A stretch of DNA of 60,741 nt from a virus (taxonomy: Duplodnaviria; Caudoviricetes), in the IMG/VR virus record IMGVR_UViG_3300019093_001482, positions 1 through 60,741 of that record; one strand, given 5' to 3'. Numbering within the stretch: the stretch's first letter is position 1; each line of letters begins with the position of its first letter. Under the pieces are notes generated by a model. That model did no database searches. It was not told the origin of the DNA and saw nothing but the letters and a program-made list of their open reading frames with translations. Below, one piece after another: positions 16,688 to 26,773 of the stretch. Position numbers and translations under genes: made by a program.

Positions 16688-18913
16688 TCAACCACAAAGA
16701 TAGATACAAGCGACCAACTTAACTTCATTGGTATCAGAGAATGTTGCTGCTTCCCGGACCCTGGCAACTGTGCAGTTTCGAATTAAGTCATCAGCCTGGC
16801 GCATGCCTTTGCCGCGTATTGAGCTAGTCACAATCAAATCACCAGCCTCAATATTCCCGTTTTCACCACAAACATTAAGTTGCCCTTCTCCAACAGAATT
16901 GACCGTCAAGAGATCGTAGTTCAGAAGGTACTCAGAAAAGCTTGCTTTCGCCTGAGGAGCCAGCGGATTGCCATCTGTGTCAACAGTAACGGCATTGCGA
17001 TCAATGAATGCGGCAGGCACAATGCTAAACCGGTTCGCCCTGGTATTGAGCACACCCAGTGCTGTCTTTTGCATTGGTCGATCAGAGAGACGCACATCAA
17101 ATATGGTATCGGAAACGCCGTTGCGTTCAGCCAACTGATAATCAACGACGATATCGCCCACGACCATATCCAGGTCCACATCCTTGGGAATAACAGCATC
17201 ATGCGCACCAGTGAATGGGCCAAAAGTCCCACCCTCGTTGTAGAAGCAGCGGCCATCACTCAGGCCAATAATGGCAGATGAAGTGACAATGCCATTTCCC
17301 CCACCATAGGCGCGGAAAGCATGTCCACCATAGACGTTTCGCGCCCAGAGAGCAGAGAAACCGGATCCTTGAGACATGAATGTCCCGGCGTACCCACTTT
17401 GGGAAAACGCAGTGAGACCGTCGCCACCGCTCTGACTGAAAAGATAAAGCCCTGACCCAGTTCCCTGGTTGAATATCGAAGCTGCAGGCCCAACCCCAGC
17501 AACCCGGCTGACATTCCAACCGGACTGATTAAATGGTGCAGGTGCGCTGGCGTCCGGACCGATAGAAACGCGAGAGCTGCTGGAAGGGACAACTATGGTT
17601 CCTGCCGTCAACTTAGCAGCAGACAAAGTGCCATCTACAAGAAGATTGCCATCAATCACAACACCAACAGGCTCCCAGGAAACACCTGTCCAGTATTTAG
17701 TCGTGGCCGTTGTGGATGTACTCAGAGTGACCGTATCACCAATGACTTTGTCGGGCTTGCCAGTGGCGTTCTGCACGACTGCAGAAGCAGTCGCGTCGTT
17801 CCATAGGCCACTGCCATAAAGCGTAACGGTTCCCCTGGTGCCTGCTTCAAGATAAACCTGCCAGCCTGTGCCATTGTGAATATAGGTTATACCGTTGCTC
17901 GTGTTGCGATAGACGTTGTTCTTTGTTCCGTTTGGTGCAGACGCGAAGGCACCGATGAACGTGATGGCTGGAGTAGATGCATTGTAAGCCAACTGCTCAA
18001 ACGTCAGCCCACCACCCGTATTGATGCGAACGCTGCCATTCATATAGATACCATTGACATCAGCGCCAAAGGGACTTACCTTGCCATTCGCTGCAAAGAA
18101 AGCCAGTTGATCTGCATTGATCAAGAACTGTGATATGGCAGGCTGGCCCACAGGTGCATCAACCGCCAGCACAAAACCGGCGAACTTGCCATTGGCGTCT
18201 ATCTTGACTGTGTACGTGCCGGACAGGCCGTTGATGCGATCCGCAGTAGCAACAAGTTTCTGCTCTACTGTGACGCCAGTACCACCAAAATTGTCTAACC
18301 TGGCTCTAACTTGCGTGATTTGTCCAGCCTGCGCTTTATCCTTTGTTGCAGAAGCAAATGCCAAAGTCCGTACGCCCGACTGCGCGCTATCGACACTTGC
18401 AGTTATTTCCTGAAGGCGCATAGCAAACGAACGGCTCTGATTCTGGATGATCGTATCCATCTCGCGTATCGCGGCCCCAAACTCCTTCGCCACATCGGCC
18501 AGGTCACGTGAGAGCGCTGCGCGTACTTCATCTGGAAATTCGGCAAGGCTTTCTGGGCTATTGATGCGCTGAAAAAGTTCCTTGAATGCTCGCGAGTTTC
18601 GGATTTGGGTTTCGAGCGTTGAGCGCATGCCCTGGCCACCATTGATGATGGTTGTGCCTTGTACCGCTCCGTCCGCCTGATTAAATATCCAGTTACCACC
18701 ACGGTCAAAAGCAATCAGGCCGACATTCCAGAGGTCACGCCAGGTCACCACTTTTTCGTACTTGGAACCCCGTCGCCCTTCCCTGGTTTCCAGTATTTCC
18801 TTGATCTTGTTGACAGCACTAACCAAAGATCCTTCTGATACTGTGGGTATAGATGGAAGATTCGGAGCTTCGCCAGATGGAGCGTTTTTTTCGCTGTCGA
18901 TAGGTGTCGCCAT
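16688..18913 (-). CDS. Tail fibre/spike (host specificity) protein
   Basis: Coiled coil, YTVKIDANGKFAGF…SQFLINADQLAF (DUF1983-like), Gly-rich beta repeats, C-terminal FTGAHD…NSVGEGQLNVCGENGNIEAGDLIVTS. Confidence 0.8.
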   Translation of the reverse strand: MATPIDSEKNAPSGEAPNLPSIPTVSEGSLVSAVNKIKEILETREGRRGSKYEKVVTWRDLWNVGLIAFDRGGNWIFNQADGAVQGTTIINGGQGMRSTLETQIRNSRAFKELFQRINSPESLAEFPDEVRAALSRDLADVAKEFGAAIREMDTIIQNQSRSFAMRLQEITASVDSAQSGVRTLAFASATKDKAQAGQITQVRARLDNFGGTGVTVEQKLVATADRINGLSGTYTVKIDANGKFAGFVLAVDAPVGQPAISQFLINADQLAFFAANGKVSPFGADVNGIYMNGSVRINTGGGLTFEQLAYNASTPAITFIGAFASAPNGTKNNVYRNTSNGITYIHNGTGWQVYLEAGTRGTVTLYGSGLWNDATASAVVQNATGKPDKVIGDTVTLSTSTTATTKYWTGVSWEPVGVVIDGNLLVDGTLSAAKLTAGTIVVPSSSSRVSIGPDASAPAPFNQSGWNVSRVAGVGPAASIFNQGTGSGLYLFSQSGGDGLTAFSQSGYAGTFMSQGSGFSALWARNVYGGHAFRAYGGGNGIVTSSAIIGLSDGRCFYNEGGTFGPFTGAHDAVIPKDVDLDMVVGDIVVDYQLAERNGVSDTIFDVRLSDRPMQKTALGVLNTRANRFSIVPAAFIDRNAVTVDTDGNPLAPQAKASFSEYLLNYDLLTVNSVGEGQLNVCGENGNIEAGDLIVTSSIRGKGMRQADDLIRNCTVARVREAATFSDTNEVKLVACIYLCG

Positions 18914-21561
18914 TACTGTACTGCCTTCAATTCTTCTGTGGTCGAAGTCAAAACAACGCTATTCACCCATACATCCGTGGTGATGACGATTTGAAATTCG
19001 CGGTAGCGGCCAGGTGGCAAGCGCACCGGCTTCTTATCCGTCATCACCCTGGTGCACCACAAGACATCCTCGGCATAGATATCGACTTTCACCGTACCTG
19101 GCTGGGCATTGACGTGCAGCCATGCCAGTGGCGCATGCTTGCTGAATCTGAATATCTTGGACTTCCAGACTGAAGTCATCCGGGGGCCAGTGGTCGGAAT
19201 AAAATCATTGATACTTGATCCAGACAGCACAAACAGCGTATCTGTTGACTTGTCCGAGTACGCAGCGTCAGCCATGCCGCCATGTTCCACCAGCGTCTTG
19301 TTTGCCAGGTCAAACACCAGGCAGCCACGTTGACCAGAAAGGTTGGTGTAAAACGCATGGTAGCGGCCATCATATTCAGCCGCGAACATGCTGGACGGAT
19401 TGTATTTATTCCAATCTGCCTTCGATATCATGTCACCAGTGAATACCTGAGCGTCCCCACCTTCCACGGCAACCAGGCCGTCAGGTGATGCATAGATGAC
19501 CGAGCCACCGATTGCCACCATCGAGCGCTTGGATACGCAGGACTGGTTGCGCGGCAGTTTCTCAGCAGACAGACTGCCAGAATCGACGCCAGTTACCAGG
19601 TAAGGCACACCCGTTGTGGTGACCACCGCCGTTTGCCCGGCAACAGCAATGCCAACAATGGGATACTCCAGCGGGATATCGTATTTAGCTGGCCAGGCGT
19701 AAGGTGCGTACGGCTCGCAGGCATGCAAGGTGGCATCGGTAAAGCCCAGCATAATGCCGTTTGGCATGCCCACAAGCCCCTTTAAGTCTTCAAGTGGCTC
19801 ATCCCAGCCGAATGTTGGGCAAGGCTCATTGAGCTGCGTTCCTGGCACTTTGTCGTCAATGTTGACCTTCTCTGCTGGGTATTCCCCCAGCAACAGAAAT
19901 GCCGAAGTGTTCGATCCTGATGCACTTCTGTACACACGGCGCTTGGTGATATTGCGCCCGCCTGGCGCACCTGGCAGAACAAGCTTGCTGGTATCGTTCT
20001 GATCAAGTTCAATGATGTTGGACACAGGGGACGGAGCAGACTCTTCGCCCCAGTCAGTGACCTCGGTAAAAACGTAAGCCCGCGCAGTGACAATAGGAAT
20101 TTCGCCTTCTGGCATGGCACCACCCATATCGCCTTCGAACAGGGCTGCAATTTTCTTTTCAGTGCCATCGAGCAGGGTTTTAGACATGGCTTCGATAGAC
20201 TTGACCAGGCTTTCCAGTTCACTCTGCAGGGCTATCATGGTTTGAGTAACGTTGTTTCCGCCCACACCAGTAATGCTACTCAATGCTGAAGATCCCAAAT
20301 CAGCCACGCCGGATATGGGCATGCGTAATTTGGCGACTTCGGTAACGAGCTGCTCACAGATCTCGCTGGATGCGGCAGCAATTTCGCTGGCGTCCCTGCG
20401 CGCATCTGGTGATGGTGCCAGCAACTCAGCGGCGAGCCAGGTTTTCATGGCCGGCACGTTGACGGTCTTGCTGCCGTCTGACTGCTTGACTATAAAGCCG
20501 GTGATCGTTGTCGTGGCCTGGCCAACTGATAGCCCTCGATTGACTTGCCAGCTATCCGCACGGCGCACCACATCCAGCGCGGCAGAGGCAATAGCCGCAT
20601 CAAGCGCTGCGACTGTTTCGGATTTTGTGTAATAACTATCTACCGTCCCCTTCGTGGCACTGGTCACGGTCGTAGGGTTCACCACCAAATCAACAAACGA
20701 CCGCTTTGCCGCCTTGATTTTGGCAACAATTGGGACAATTTCTTTGTCTCGCGATGTGAAATAAGTCTCCACAGCGTCAACAAAATCAGTTACTTGCTCA
20801 TGAGTGAAAAGCTTTGTCCCCTCTTTTGCCGTCGTGTCTGGGGATGGAATTGCAGTTAGGGAAGTAGTCAGTTTCGATTTATCCAGAATCCACACCCCCG
20901 CGCGCACAAACAAACCAACATACAGGCCGACCGCGTCAGAGCGGTACTTGAGATCAGCCGACATCAAATTCACATCGCTTGGGGTATTTGGAATAAATCC
21001 ACCATTTTCTATGCGTCCGCCCCGGATCACGTCGAATTCCCACGGACGTTCTGGAACGGCATGCAAGTCAGCCAAATCAGCATCAGCCAGGCCTTTGTAT
21101 TGCCAGCTAATGGCATCGCGCACGGCATTGGTGATGGTCGTTGGTGCTTTTTTCTTGGCCGCCAGAGCATCATCCGTTGTGAATGACACTTCCTTGACGA
21201 TAGTGACGACTGGTGCGGCCGCTGGTTTAGGCACGCCGAGCTGGCGCACCGTCATACTTGCGTCAGTGACTTTGGGCGCACCATCACCTGTGTAATAAGT
21301 GCGTTCTGTGCTGTCGTTGGGGATTTGCCCGCGCACAAAGTTCACGTCACCACTACGCGTCATGAACGTGGACGAGTTGGCGAACTTGTACAGTGTCTGC
21401 CCTGGGCCCGCACTTCCAACAGTCGCAGGCTGATAGAACTGCCGCAAGCTGCTGAAACGTGTATCCACATTTTTCGCATGCACCGCAATGTTGTCCATCA
21501 GGTCGTGAGGCTCGGCGCTTGGTGCCATGCCTCCGAAGCCACGTATCTGAATAACAGCCAT
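18913..21561 (-). CDS. Tail tube/nozzle-like structural protein of Bcep22-like podophages
   Basis: IRGFGGMAP N-terminus, YVFTEVTDWGEESAPSP, EPYAPYAWP, PVRLPPG motifs. Confidence 0.7.
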   Translation of the reverse strand: MAVIQIRGFGGMAPSAEPHDLMDNIAVHAKNVDTRFSSLRQFYQPATVGSAGPGQTLYKFANSSTFMTRSGDVNFVRGQIPNDSTERTYYTGDGAPKVTDASMTVRQLGVPKPAAAPVVTIVKEVSFTTDDALAAKKKAPTTITNAVRDAISWQYKGLADADLADLHAVPERPWEFDVIRGGRIENGGFIPNTPSDVNLMSADLKYRSDAVGLYVGLFVRAGVWILDKSKLTTSLTAIPSPDTTAKEGTKLFTHEQVTDFVDAVETYFTSRDKEIVPIVAKIKAAKRSFVDLVVNPTTVTSATKGTVDSYYTKSETVAALDAAIASAALDVVRRADSWQVNRGLSVGQATTTITGFIVKQSDGSKTVNVPAMKTWLAAELLAPSPDARRDASEIAAASSEICEQLVTEVAKLRMPISGVADLGSSALSSITGVGGNNVTQTMIALQSELESLVKSIEAMSKTLLDGTEKKIAALFEGDMGGAMPEGEIPIVTARAYVFTEVTDWGEESAPSPVSNIIELDQNDTSKLVLPGAPGGRNITKRRVYRSASGSNTSAFLLLGEYPAEKVNIDDKVPGTQLNEPCPTFGWDEPLEDLKGLVGMPNGIMLGFTDATLHACEPYAPYAWPAKYDIPLEYPIVGIAVAGQTAVVTTTGVPYLVTGVDSGSLSAEKLPRNQSCVSKRSMVAIGGSVIYASPDGLVAVEGGDAQVFTGDMISKADWNKYNPSSMFAAEYDGRYHAFYTNLSGQRGCLVFDLANKTLVEHGGMADAAYSDKSTDTLFVLSGSSINDFIPTTGPRMTSVWKSKIFRFSKHAPLAWLHVNAQPGTVKVDIYAEDVLWCTRVMTDKKPVRLPPGRYREFQIVITTDVWVNSVVLTSTTEELKAVQ

Positions 21562-21563
21562 AT

Positions 21564-21974
21564 TTACCGGTTACTTTCTGCGCCCTTGATCTTTTCCAGG
21601 GTGCGCATACCACCAAGGCCCAACATACCCAGTAAAACAGAAGACATTTCTGTAAAGTCCAGCACTGGCATAACGATAGGATGGCCAGCTGCAGCCAGCA
21701 CAAATGCACCTATGGGAGCCAGGACAAACTTGTACGCAAAGGCAGCACCGCACACCCAGCCAATGAACGGTCTCCAGCCAGCAACAAACGTGCTGGAGCT
21801 GGCAGCTTCGACCTTGTTGATTTCCATCTGCCCTGCAATCTGCGCAAGTTCGCCAGACTGCTGTAGCTTGATCAGTTCCAGTTTCGCACTGGCTGCCTGA
21901 GCCGGGTCTGGCCACAAACGGTCAATGACCTTGCCGCCGATATCCAGTACCGCGCTGAGAGGATCGAGTGCCAT
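21564..21974 (-). CDS. Holin (GTA 3TM holin-like)
   Basis: GKVIDRLWPDP, FVAGWRPFIGWVCG, LLGMLGLGGMRTLEKIKG. Confidence 0.85.
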   Translation of the reverse strand: MALDPLSAVLDIGGKVIDRLWPDPAQAASAKLELIKLQQSGELAQIAGQMEINKVEAASSSTFVAGWRPFIGWVCGAAFAYKFVLAPIGAFVLAAAGHPIVMPVLDFTEMSSVLLGMLGLGGMRTLEKIKGAESNR

Positions 21975-21988
21975 GATGCTTCCTTTCG

Positions 21989-22405
21989 CTATTGAATCTT
22001 TTTACCTGCCTGCAAATCAGCCAGGGTTAAACCACCGGTGTACTGGCAATGTGCCAGTTCTTTAAAACTCTTCCAGCGTCCTGCCCACTCCAACCCGACA
22101 CTTTCGGCAATCACACCGCAACGTTCAAACGTGCGGGTGTCATCCCATTGCGCCTTGCCATTGACGATAGGCACAAAGTCAAAAGCGCACCCATAGTTGT
22201 GCCAGGACTGGCCAGCCTTTGCTTTTGTCACGATCTTGCCTGGTGCTGTTCGTCCCTGAGCATACAAAGCGGCTTGTGCTTCGTTGTCACGCAGGGTGGA
22301 AGTGATCAGCACGTCGATTCCTGACTTCTTGCACGCACCGACAAATGCAGATGCCTTGGCTGCCACGACCGGCAGCAAGTCCGCTAAGTCACGACTGTTT
22401 TTCAT
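21989..22405 (-). CDS. Endolysin, M15 family L-Ala-D-Glu peptidase
   Basis: LR…QAALYAQGRT, SWHNYGCAFD, WAGRW…ELAHCQ. Confidence 0.9.
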   Translation of the reverse strand: MKNSRDLADLLPVVAAKASAFVGACKKSGIDVLITSTLRDNEAQAALYAQGRTAPGKIVTKAKAGQSWHNYGCAFDFVPIVNGKAQWDDTRTFERCGVIAESVGLEWAGRWKSFKELAHCQYTGGLTLADLQAGKKIQ

Positions 22406-22653
22406 TATTTCCTCTCAATTAAACGATCCAGCTTGTTGTTGATTTCCTTCAGATCTTCCCGAACGGTCTTCTTATTTTCGACAATTTCATTGTCCTGGCG
22501 AGTATCGATGACTCGTTGTGCCGCCCTCGCTTCTTCCAGTACCAGGACCCGTTTATCCATGGCCTGCCACATAGCCACGCCTGACACGATTAAACTGATC
22601 AGCGTCAGCAGATGCCCGATATTGTCGAGGATTAGTTTTCTTGTATCGCTCAT
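22405..22653 (-). CDS. Single-TM coiled-coil lysis-associated protein
   Basis: One TM followed by a coiled coil; its stop overlaps the endolysin start. Confidence 0.6.
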   Translation of the reverse strand: MSDTRKLILDNIGHLLTLISLIVSGVAMWQAMDKRVLVLEEARAAQRVIDTRQDNEIVENKKTVREDLKEINNKLDRLIERK

Positions 22654-22678
22654 AGTCCTTGCCCGTAGTTGATTAGCG

Positions 22679-23122
22679 TTAAGCCGGCTGAAGCTGCGGG
22701 AACATGGACTTGAGAATTACGCTAAGCGCATTTGGTGAAAATCTGTACGGCTCCAATAATCCAAGCGCCTCGCCAAGAATCTCAGAACAGAAAGACTTAC
22801 CGTCGTCATCCCCCACAGCAGATATGACGAAATGTACATTACCGAGAAGGTCATATCTATCACCCTGCTTTTTCTCGAAAACGGCCAGCGCATGAGGTTC
22901 AAAATGTGCGGGCAGATAAATGAAATCCCAGTGTGTGGGATCGTATTCAATCCACTTAAAGCGTACGCCGCCATCCATGTATGAGGCAGAAGCAGACACT
23001 CCAGAACTGAAAACAAGCTCACAATGACTGTATGGCCCGCGTGTCCACCAGCGCACACAACGGTTATAGATACCCGGGACACCTGGCCGCACTCCCTTGT
23101 AAAACGCTGCCCTGAATGCCAT
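22679..23122 (-). CDS. Permuted papain-like (NlpC/P60 superfamily) phage protein
   Basis: YSHCELVF…YDLLG…FCSE…SP motif order. Confidence 0.65.
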   Translation of the reverse strand: MAFRAAFYKGVRPGVPGIYNRCVRWWTRGPYSHCELVFSSGVSASASYMDGGVRFKWIEYDPTHWDFIYLPAHFEPHALAVFEKKQGDRYDLLGNVHFVISAVGDDDGKSFCSEILGEALGLLEPYRFSPNALSVILKSMFPQLQPA

Positions 23123-23124
23123 GC

Positions 23125-23763
23125 TTACTCTCCAAATGTTTCGGGCCAGCCTGCCGAGAAGTCATAGCCTGCTGGGTCTGCCGACGCCTCAACCTGTGCG
23201 ATATGGAAGGCTGCTCGCGAAAATGCGAGAACATCCAGTGTTTTCGTGGCGGTGAAAACAGCGGTGGCAAGCTCTATGGTGGTTGGCACGATGCTACCGT
23301 CCATAGTCGTCCATGGAATCGGCTGCATCGCGACGCCAAGCAGCATCCGGTCCATAATCAGTGCCATCCACTGCGTACGCGAGTAGGTGTCGGTGTGTAT
23401 CCATTTCCCGTTGACCTTGACACCGTTGAATTTACGGCGGTCTCTTTCAGCCTTGATCAAATTTGTTTTTAACTCAATGATGGAGTTTCTGACTTCTGCT
23501 ATTTCAGATTCTGACTTAGCTAAAATTTTCCATTTCTGAAGCCACAATCCGCCTACGTTGATGGCCCCATCGCGCACAACTGTTTTATCAAAACTCACTG
23601 TTGGCTTTGCCACTTCAACAGTTGTCGTCACTCTAAACAGACTTGTTTCTTCGGGCGTAAGCTTAGATACTTCGCAATAGTGCGATGCATCCCATTCAAT
23701 GGGTATATTGGTTTCCAAAATGCGGCCAAAACTTCCATCCGCGTTGATCTGAATGTATTCCAT
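23125..23763 (-). CDS. Tail fibre assembly-like protein (DUF4376-like)
   Basis: IKAERDRR…GKWIHTD…WTTMDGS…YDFSAGWP. Confidence 0.7.
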   Translation of the reverse strand: MEYIQINADGSFGRILETNIPIEWDASHYCEVSKLTPEETSLFRVTTTVEVAKPTVSFDKTVVRDGAINVGGLWLQKWKILAKSESEIAEVRNSIIELKTNLIKAERDRRKFNGVKVNGKWIHTDTYSRTQWMALIMDRMLLGVAMQPIPWTTMDGSIVPTTIELATAVFTATKTLDVLAFSRAAFHIAQVEASADPAGYDFSAGWPETFGE

Positions 23764-23772
23764 TAATACACC

Positions 23773-24663
23773 TTAAGGAGAAGTGTAGATTCGTCCACCA
23801 TAGTCACAGGCGACCAGCTTGGCACCGTCACTTGAAGAACAAACAGAGAACCAGTTCCGATTAGAATCTGATGCGATTGGCGTTAGCCCAGAATCTACAG
23901 ACGTATATAGTTTCCCGTCACGCACGCAGGCAGCTATATTATTTCCATCACTTGACGATGCTACGCAAAACCACCTTCTAATTGAATCTCTTGGATTCCA
24001 TGTTGCTCCTGAGTCGTTAGATATGTAAAGATACTCACCGTCACCACACGCGGCCAATTTGGTGCCATCGCTCGAAGAAGCGACGGAGCCCCAGTTCCGT
24101 ATGGAGTCCCGTGCAGCCCAGGTGGCTCCGGAATCTGTGGAAGTGTAAATTTGCCCTCCATGCACGCAGGCGACTAACTTCACCCCATCGCTCGATGATG
24201 CAACTGAACTCCAGTCCCTATTCGAATCTTTAGGATTCCACGTGACACCTGAATTTGTAGACACGTAGAGTTGCCCTCCTCTCTCACATGCGACTAATTT
24301 AGCCCCGTCGCTTGACGACGCAATTGAAGTCCAATTGCGCGCAGAATCGCGTGCATTCCATGTTGAACCTGAGTCCGTAGAAGTATAAATTTGCCCGCCA
24401 TACGCACAAGCAACTAATTTAGTGCCGTCGTTTGACGATGCCACGCCATACCAGTTTGCAAATGGTGTGGATGAATTAATTGTCCATGTGACACCAGAAT
24501 CTGCAGAGAGGTATATTCTTCCTACATTTAATGCAGCGATCAGTTTTACCCCATCACCAGACGATGCAACACGATGCCAGTCCCTACTGGTGTCGCGAGG
24601 AGTCCATGTTTTTGGCAATAATGCCGAGGCAACCGACAAGAAAAACTGTTGTAGCGCGCCCAT
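23773..24663 (-). CDS. Seven-bladed BNR/Asp-box beta-propeller; putative receptor-binding module
   Basis: Seven repeats of about 40 aa containing SxDSGxTW; ATG at 24663 overlaps the fibre stop (TAATG). Confidence 0.8.
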   Translation of the reverse strand: MGALQQFFLSVASALLPKTWTPRDTSRDWHRVASSGDGVKLIAALNVGRIYLSADSGVTWTINSSTPFANWYGVASSNDGTKLVACAYGGQIYTSTDSGSTWNARDSARNWTSIASSSDGAKLVACERGGQLYVSTNSGVTWNPKDSNRDWSSVASSSDGVKLVACVHGGQIYTSTDSGATWAARDSIRNWGSVASSSDGTKLAACGDGEYLYISNDSGATWNPRDSIRRWFCVASSSDGNNIAACVRDGKLYTSVDSGLTPIASDSNRNWFSVCSSSDGAKLVACDYGGRIYTSP

Positions 24664-25556
24664 TATGTCAACCCCACGCCCGATATAATCCATTCAGTTG
24701 AAGTTATCTTCAGGGCAGTCGCCAGACCATTTGCTGCGAGAGTCCGGCTGCCAGTCGTTCCTGCTCCTGCAATACGCATTACGTCCGAGGTAATCGCTAT
24801 TGTTACAACTCCCGCTGAAGCCTGATTGACGAAAGTAAGAGCCGTACCAATAGGAAACGCCACAGAGCTGTTGGCTGGAATAGTAAATGTCCGTGCGGTG
24901 TTGTCAGATGTGGGGTGCAAAATGTGCTTGTTTGCGTCGTTCAAAACCAGCGTATATGCTGCGCTCTGGCTATTTTGAGGGATATTTGCATATCCAACAG
25001 CAACGTCACCGCTACCAAGCAAACTATTGCTATTCACCGTCTTTATACTTGTGCCGGACACTAAGGTGCTTTGCTTGCCTGCTAAGCTCGTGACAGCATC
25101 TGAGATTTGCTTTTGCAAGTAACCGATGGCCTGCAACACCGTATCGGCAGCAGTAACGGCCTGGTTCGTGGCGATATTCAAACCAGTCAAAACTACTGAC
25201 AATACTCTTGCCGCCGAAAAATATTTATTGGTTGCACCTTCTGAAATCGAATCAGTCGACATTGCACCCGCAGTCAAACGCAAGGCAATATTGTCACCGC
25301 TCGCATAGGAGGCTGCTGCACTGCCCTCCTGGGCACGGACGATCGTCAACACATCGCCAGACCTAGCCGTGCACTTGACAATTTCGATGGTCGATTCGGT
25401 TATGCCGCTGAGTTTATACAGGGTGGCTATAAAGTAGTCGCCTCCCGTAGGGTTGGGGAAGCGGCTGCCTTCTCCATTAGCGACAGTCAGGCTAGTGGCC
25501 ACATTGGTGATGGCGACTGCTAGGGTCGACTGAGCATTGTTGCTGAATAATTGCAT
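24663..25556 (-). CDS. Tail fibre protein
   Basis: FSNNAQSTLA…EIVKCTARSGDVLTIVRAQEGS…LRLTAG N-terminus, EGATNKYF, C-terminal WIISG. Confidence 0.8.
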   Translation of the reverse strand: MQLFSNNAQSTLAVAITNVATSLTVANGEGSRFPNPTGGDYFIATLYKLSGITESTIEIVKCTARSGDVLTIVRAQEGSAAASYASGDNIALRLTAGAMSTDSISEGATNKYFSAARVLSVVLTGLNIATNQAVTAADTVLQAIGYLQKQISDAVTSLAGKQSTLVSGTSIKTVNSNSLLGSGDVAVGYANIPQNSQSAAYTLVLNDANKHILHPTSDNTARTFTIPANSSVAFPIGTALTFVNQASAGVVTIAITSDVMRIAGAGTTGSRTLAANGLATALKITSTEWIISGVGLT

Positions 25557-25557
25557 A

Positions 25558-26079
25558 TCAAGATTCCCTTACTTTGATGATCAGCTCGTCTTGCATAGTC
25601 CGGCCTTCGCTGGTAATCGCGGTGAGCTCCGCCTTGTAGCTATTCCCATCCAGCCCGCCAACGAAGACGATCCGTATCCGCTGGTCGCCAGGAGCAGCCA
25701 CGATAATGCCGGTGGCACTCGCCTCTACGATCCAGTTCCCGGCAGAGCGAACCAGAATTGAAGAGCCACGCGCCGGTATGTTTGTCGCTCCTACAGATAT
25801 CGCTGCAGATTGATTGGTATTCCCGACATACAGCGTGTATCCGTCCGCTGCATCCGCTGGCAGCGTGACTGAAGAATTGGTCCGCAAAGTCTTGCGGTCA
25901 TCCGCCGCCGTCGCCGTGTAGGGCGCAAAAAGGACCATCAGTCCTTTCGACTTCCCGTTATGCGTGACAACCTGGTGCCCCGACGTAATACTGTCCGTGG
26001 CAGCCATGTCTGCCGCAAATTGGATGGCATAAATTTCCACCTCAATCGGCTGTTTAGTGAATTTTTCTAAAATTGCCAT
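25558..26079 (-). CDS. Fibre/tail adaptor protein
   Basis: KFTKQP…Y.IQF N-terminus and GG.DG.SYK…T.EGRT.QDE C-terminus. Confidence 0.6.
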   Translation of the reverse strand: MAILEKFTKQPIEVEIYAIQFAADMAATDSITSGHQVVTHNGKSKGLMVLFAPYTATAADDRKTLRTNSSVTLPADAADGYTLYVGNTNQSAAISVGATNIPARGSSILVRSAGNWIVEASATGIIVAAPGDQRIRIVFVGGLDGNSYKAELTAITSEGRTMQDELIIKVRES

Positions 26080-26765
26080 TATCTCGATACGGTTCTGTTT
26101 TGATATGGACGCACGGCTACCTTGTCATCAGCATCGCGGGCATTGGGGTTGATCGACAGGGTTCCGTCGAGATAAAAAGCAATACTTACGACACCCGAAA
26201 GCCGTATAGGATTGCCTACTTGCCCGGACAAACTGAATGCCACACCCGTGGAAGATGGCGCAATGGGTTTGAGCGAACTCAATTCACCACCGCTACTCAG
26301 TAAAATGGTGCTATCACCTTGTAAATACTGGATTGCTCCCGGTGCAGGAGCTGCGCCTTCTAGCGCGATACCAGTATTGCCTTGCATTTGTGCATAGTTG
26401 GTCAGCGTGCCAGTCGCTCCCATTGCCATAGATACCGACGCATTTGGCATATAAGCATCGGCATTCAACAGCCCAGTCAAACCAAAAGCGATTCCGGCTG
26501 AGATATTGTCAATTGCCACCCGACGCATTACGGCCAACTCACCGGCTGCAGTAAAAGCGATCCCCGTTGAAGAAGCTGCCAGCAATGCTACTTTCGCGAC
26601 ATCACCAACTGCGTCCATGGTTACACCTGTGGCACCCGCCATGGAAACAGAAGCGCGCTCAAAGACCGTAAATGCGATGCCCGCACTGGAAGACGGTATA
26701 AATACCCTCTGAGCTAAAGGAACAACGCTGTTTAAGGCAGCGGCATTGAGCGTCTGGCCGTTCAT
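26079..26765 (-). CDS. Ala/Gly/Ser-rich virion structural protein
   Basis: Repetitive GIAF/GVAF beta segments; coupled within the tail operon. Confidence 0.6.
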   Translation of the reverse strand: MNGQTLNAAALNSVVPLAQRVFIPSSSAGIAFTVFERASVSMAGATGVTMDAVGDVAKVALLAASSTGIAFTAAGELAVMRRVAIDNISAGIAFGLTGLLNADAYMPNASVSMAMGATGTLTNYAQMQGNTGIALEGAAPAPGAIQYLQGDSTILLSSGGELSSLKPIAPSSTGVAFSLSGQVGNPIRLSGVVSIAFYLDGTLSINPNARDADDKVAVRPYQNRTVSR

Positions 26766-26773
26766 GACTCTGC

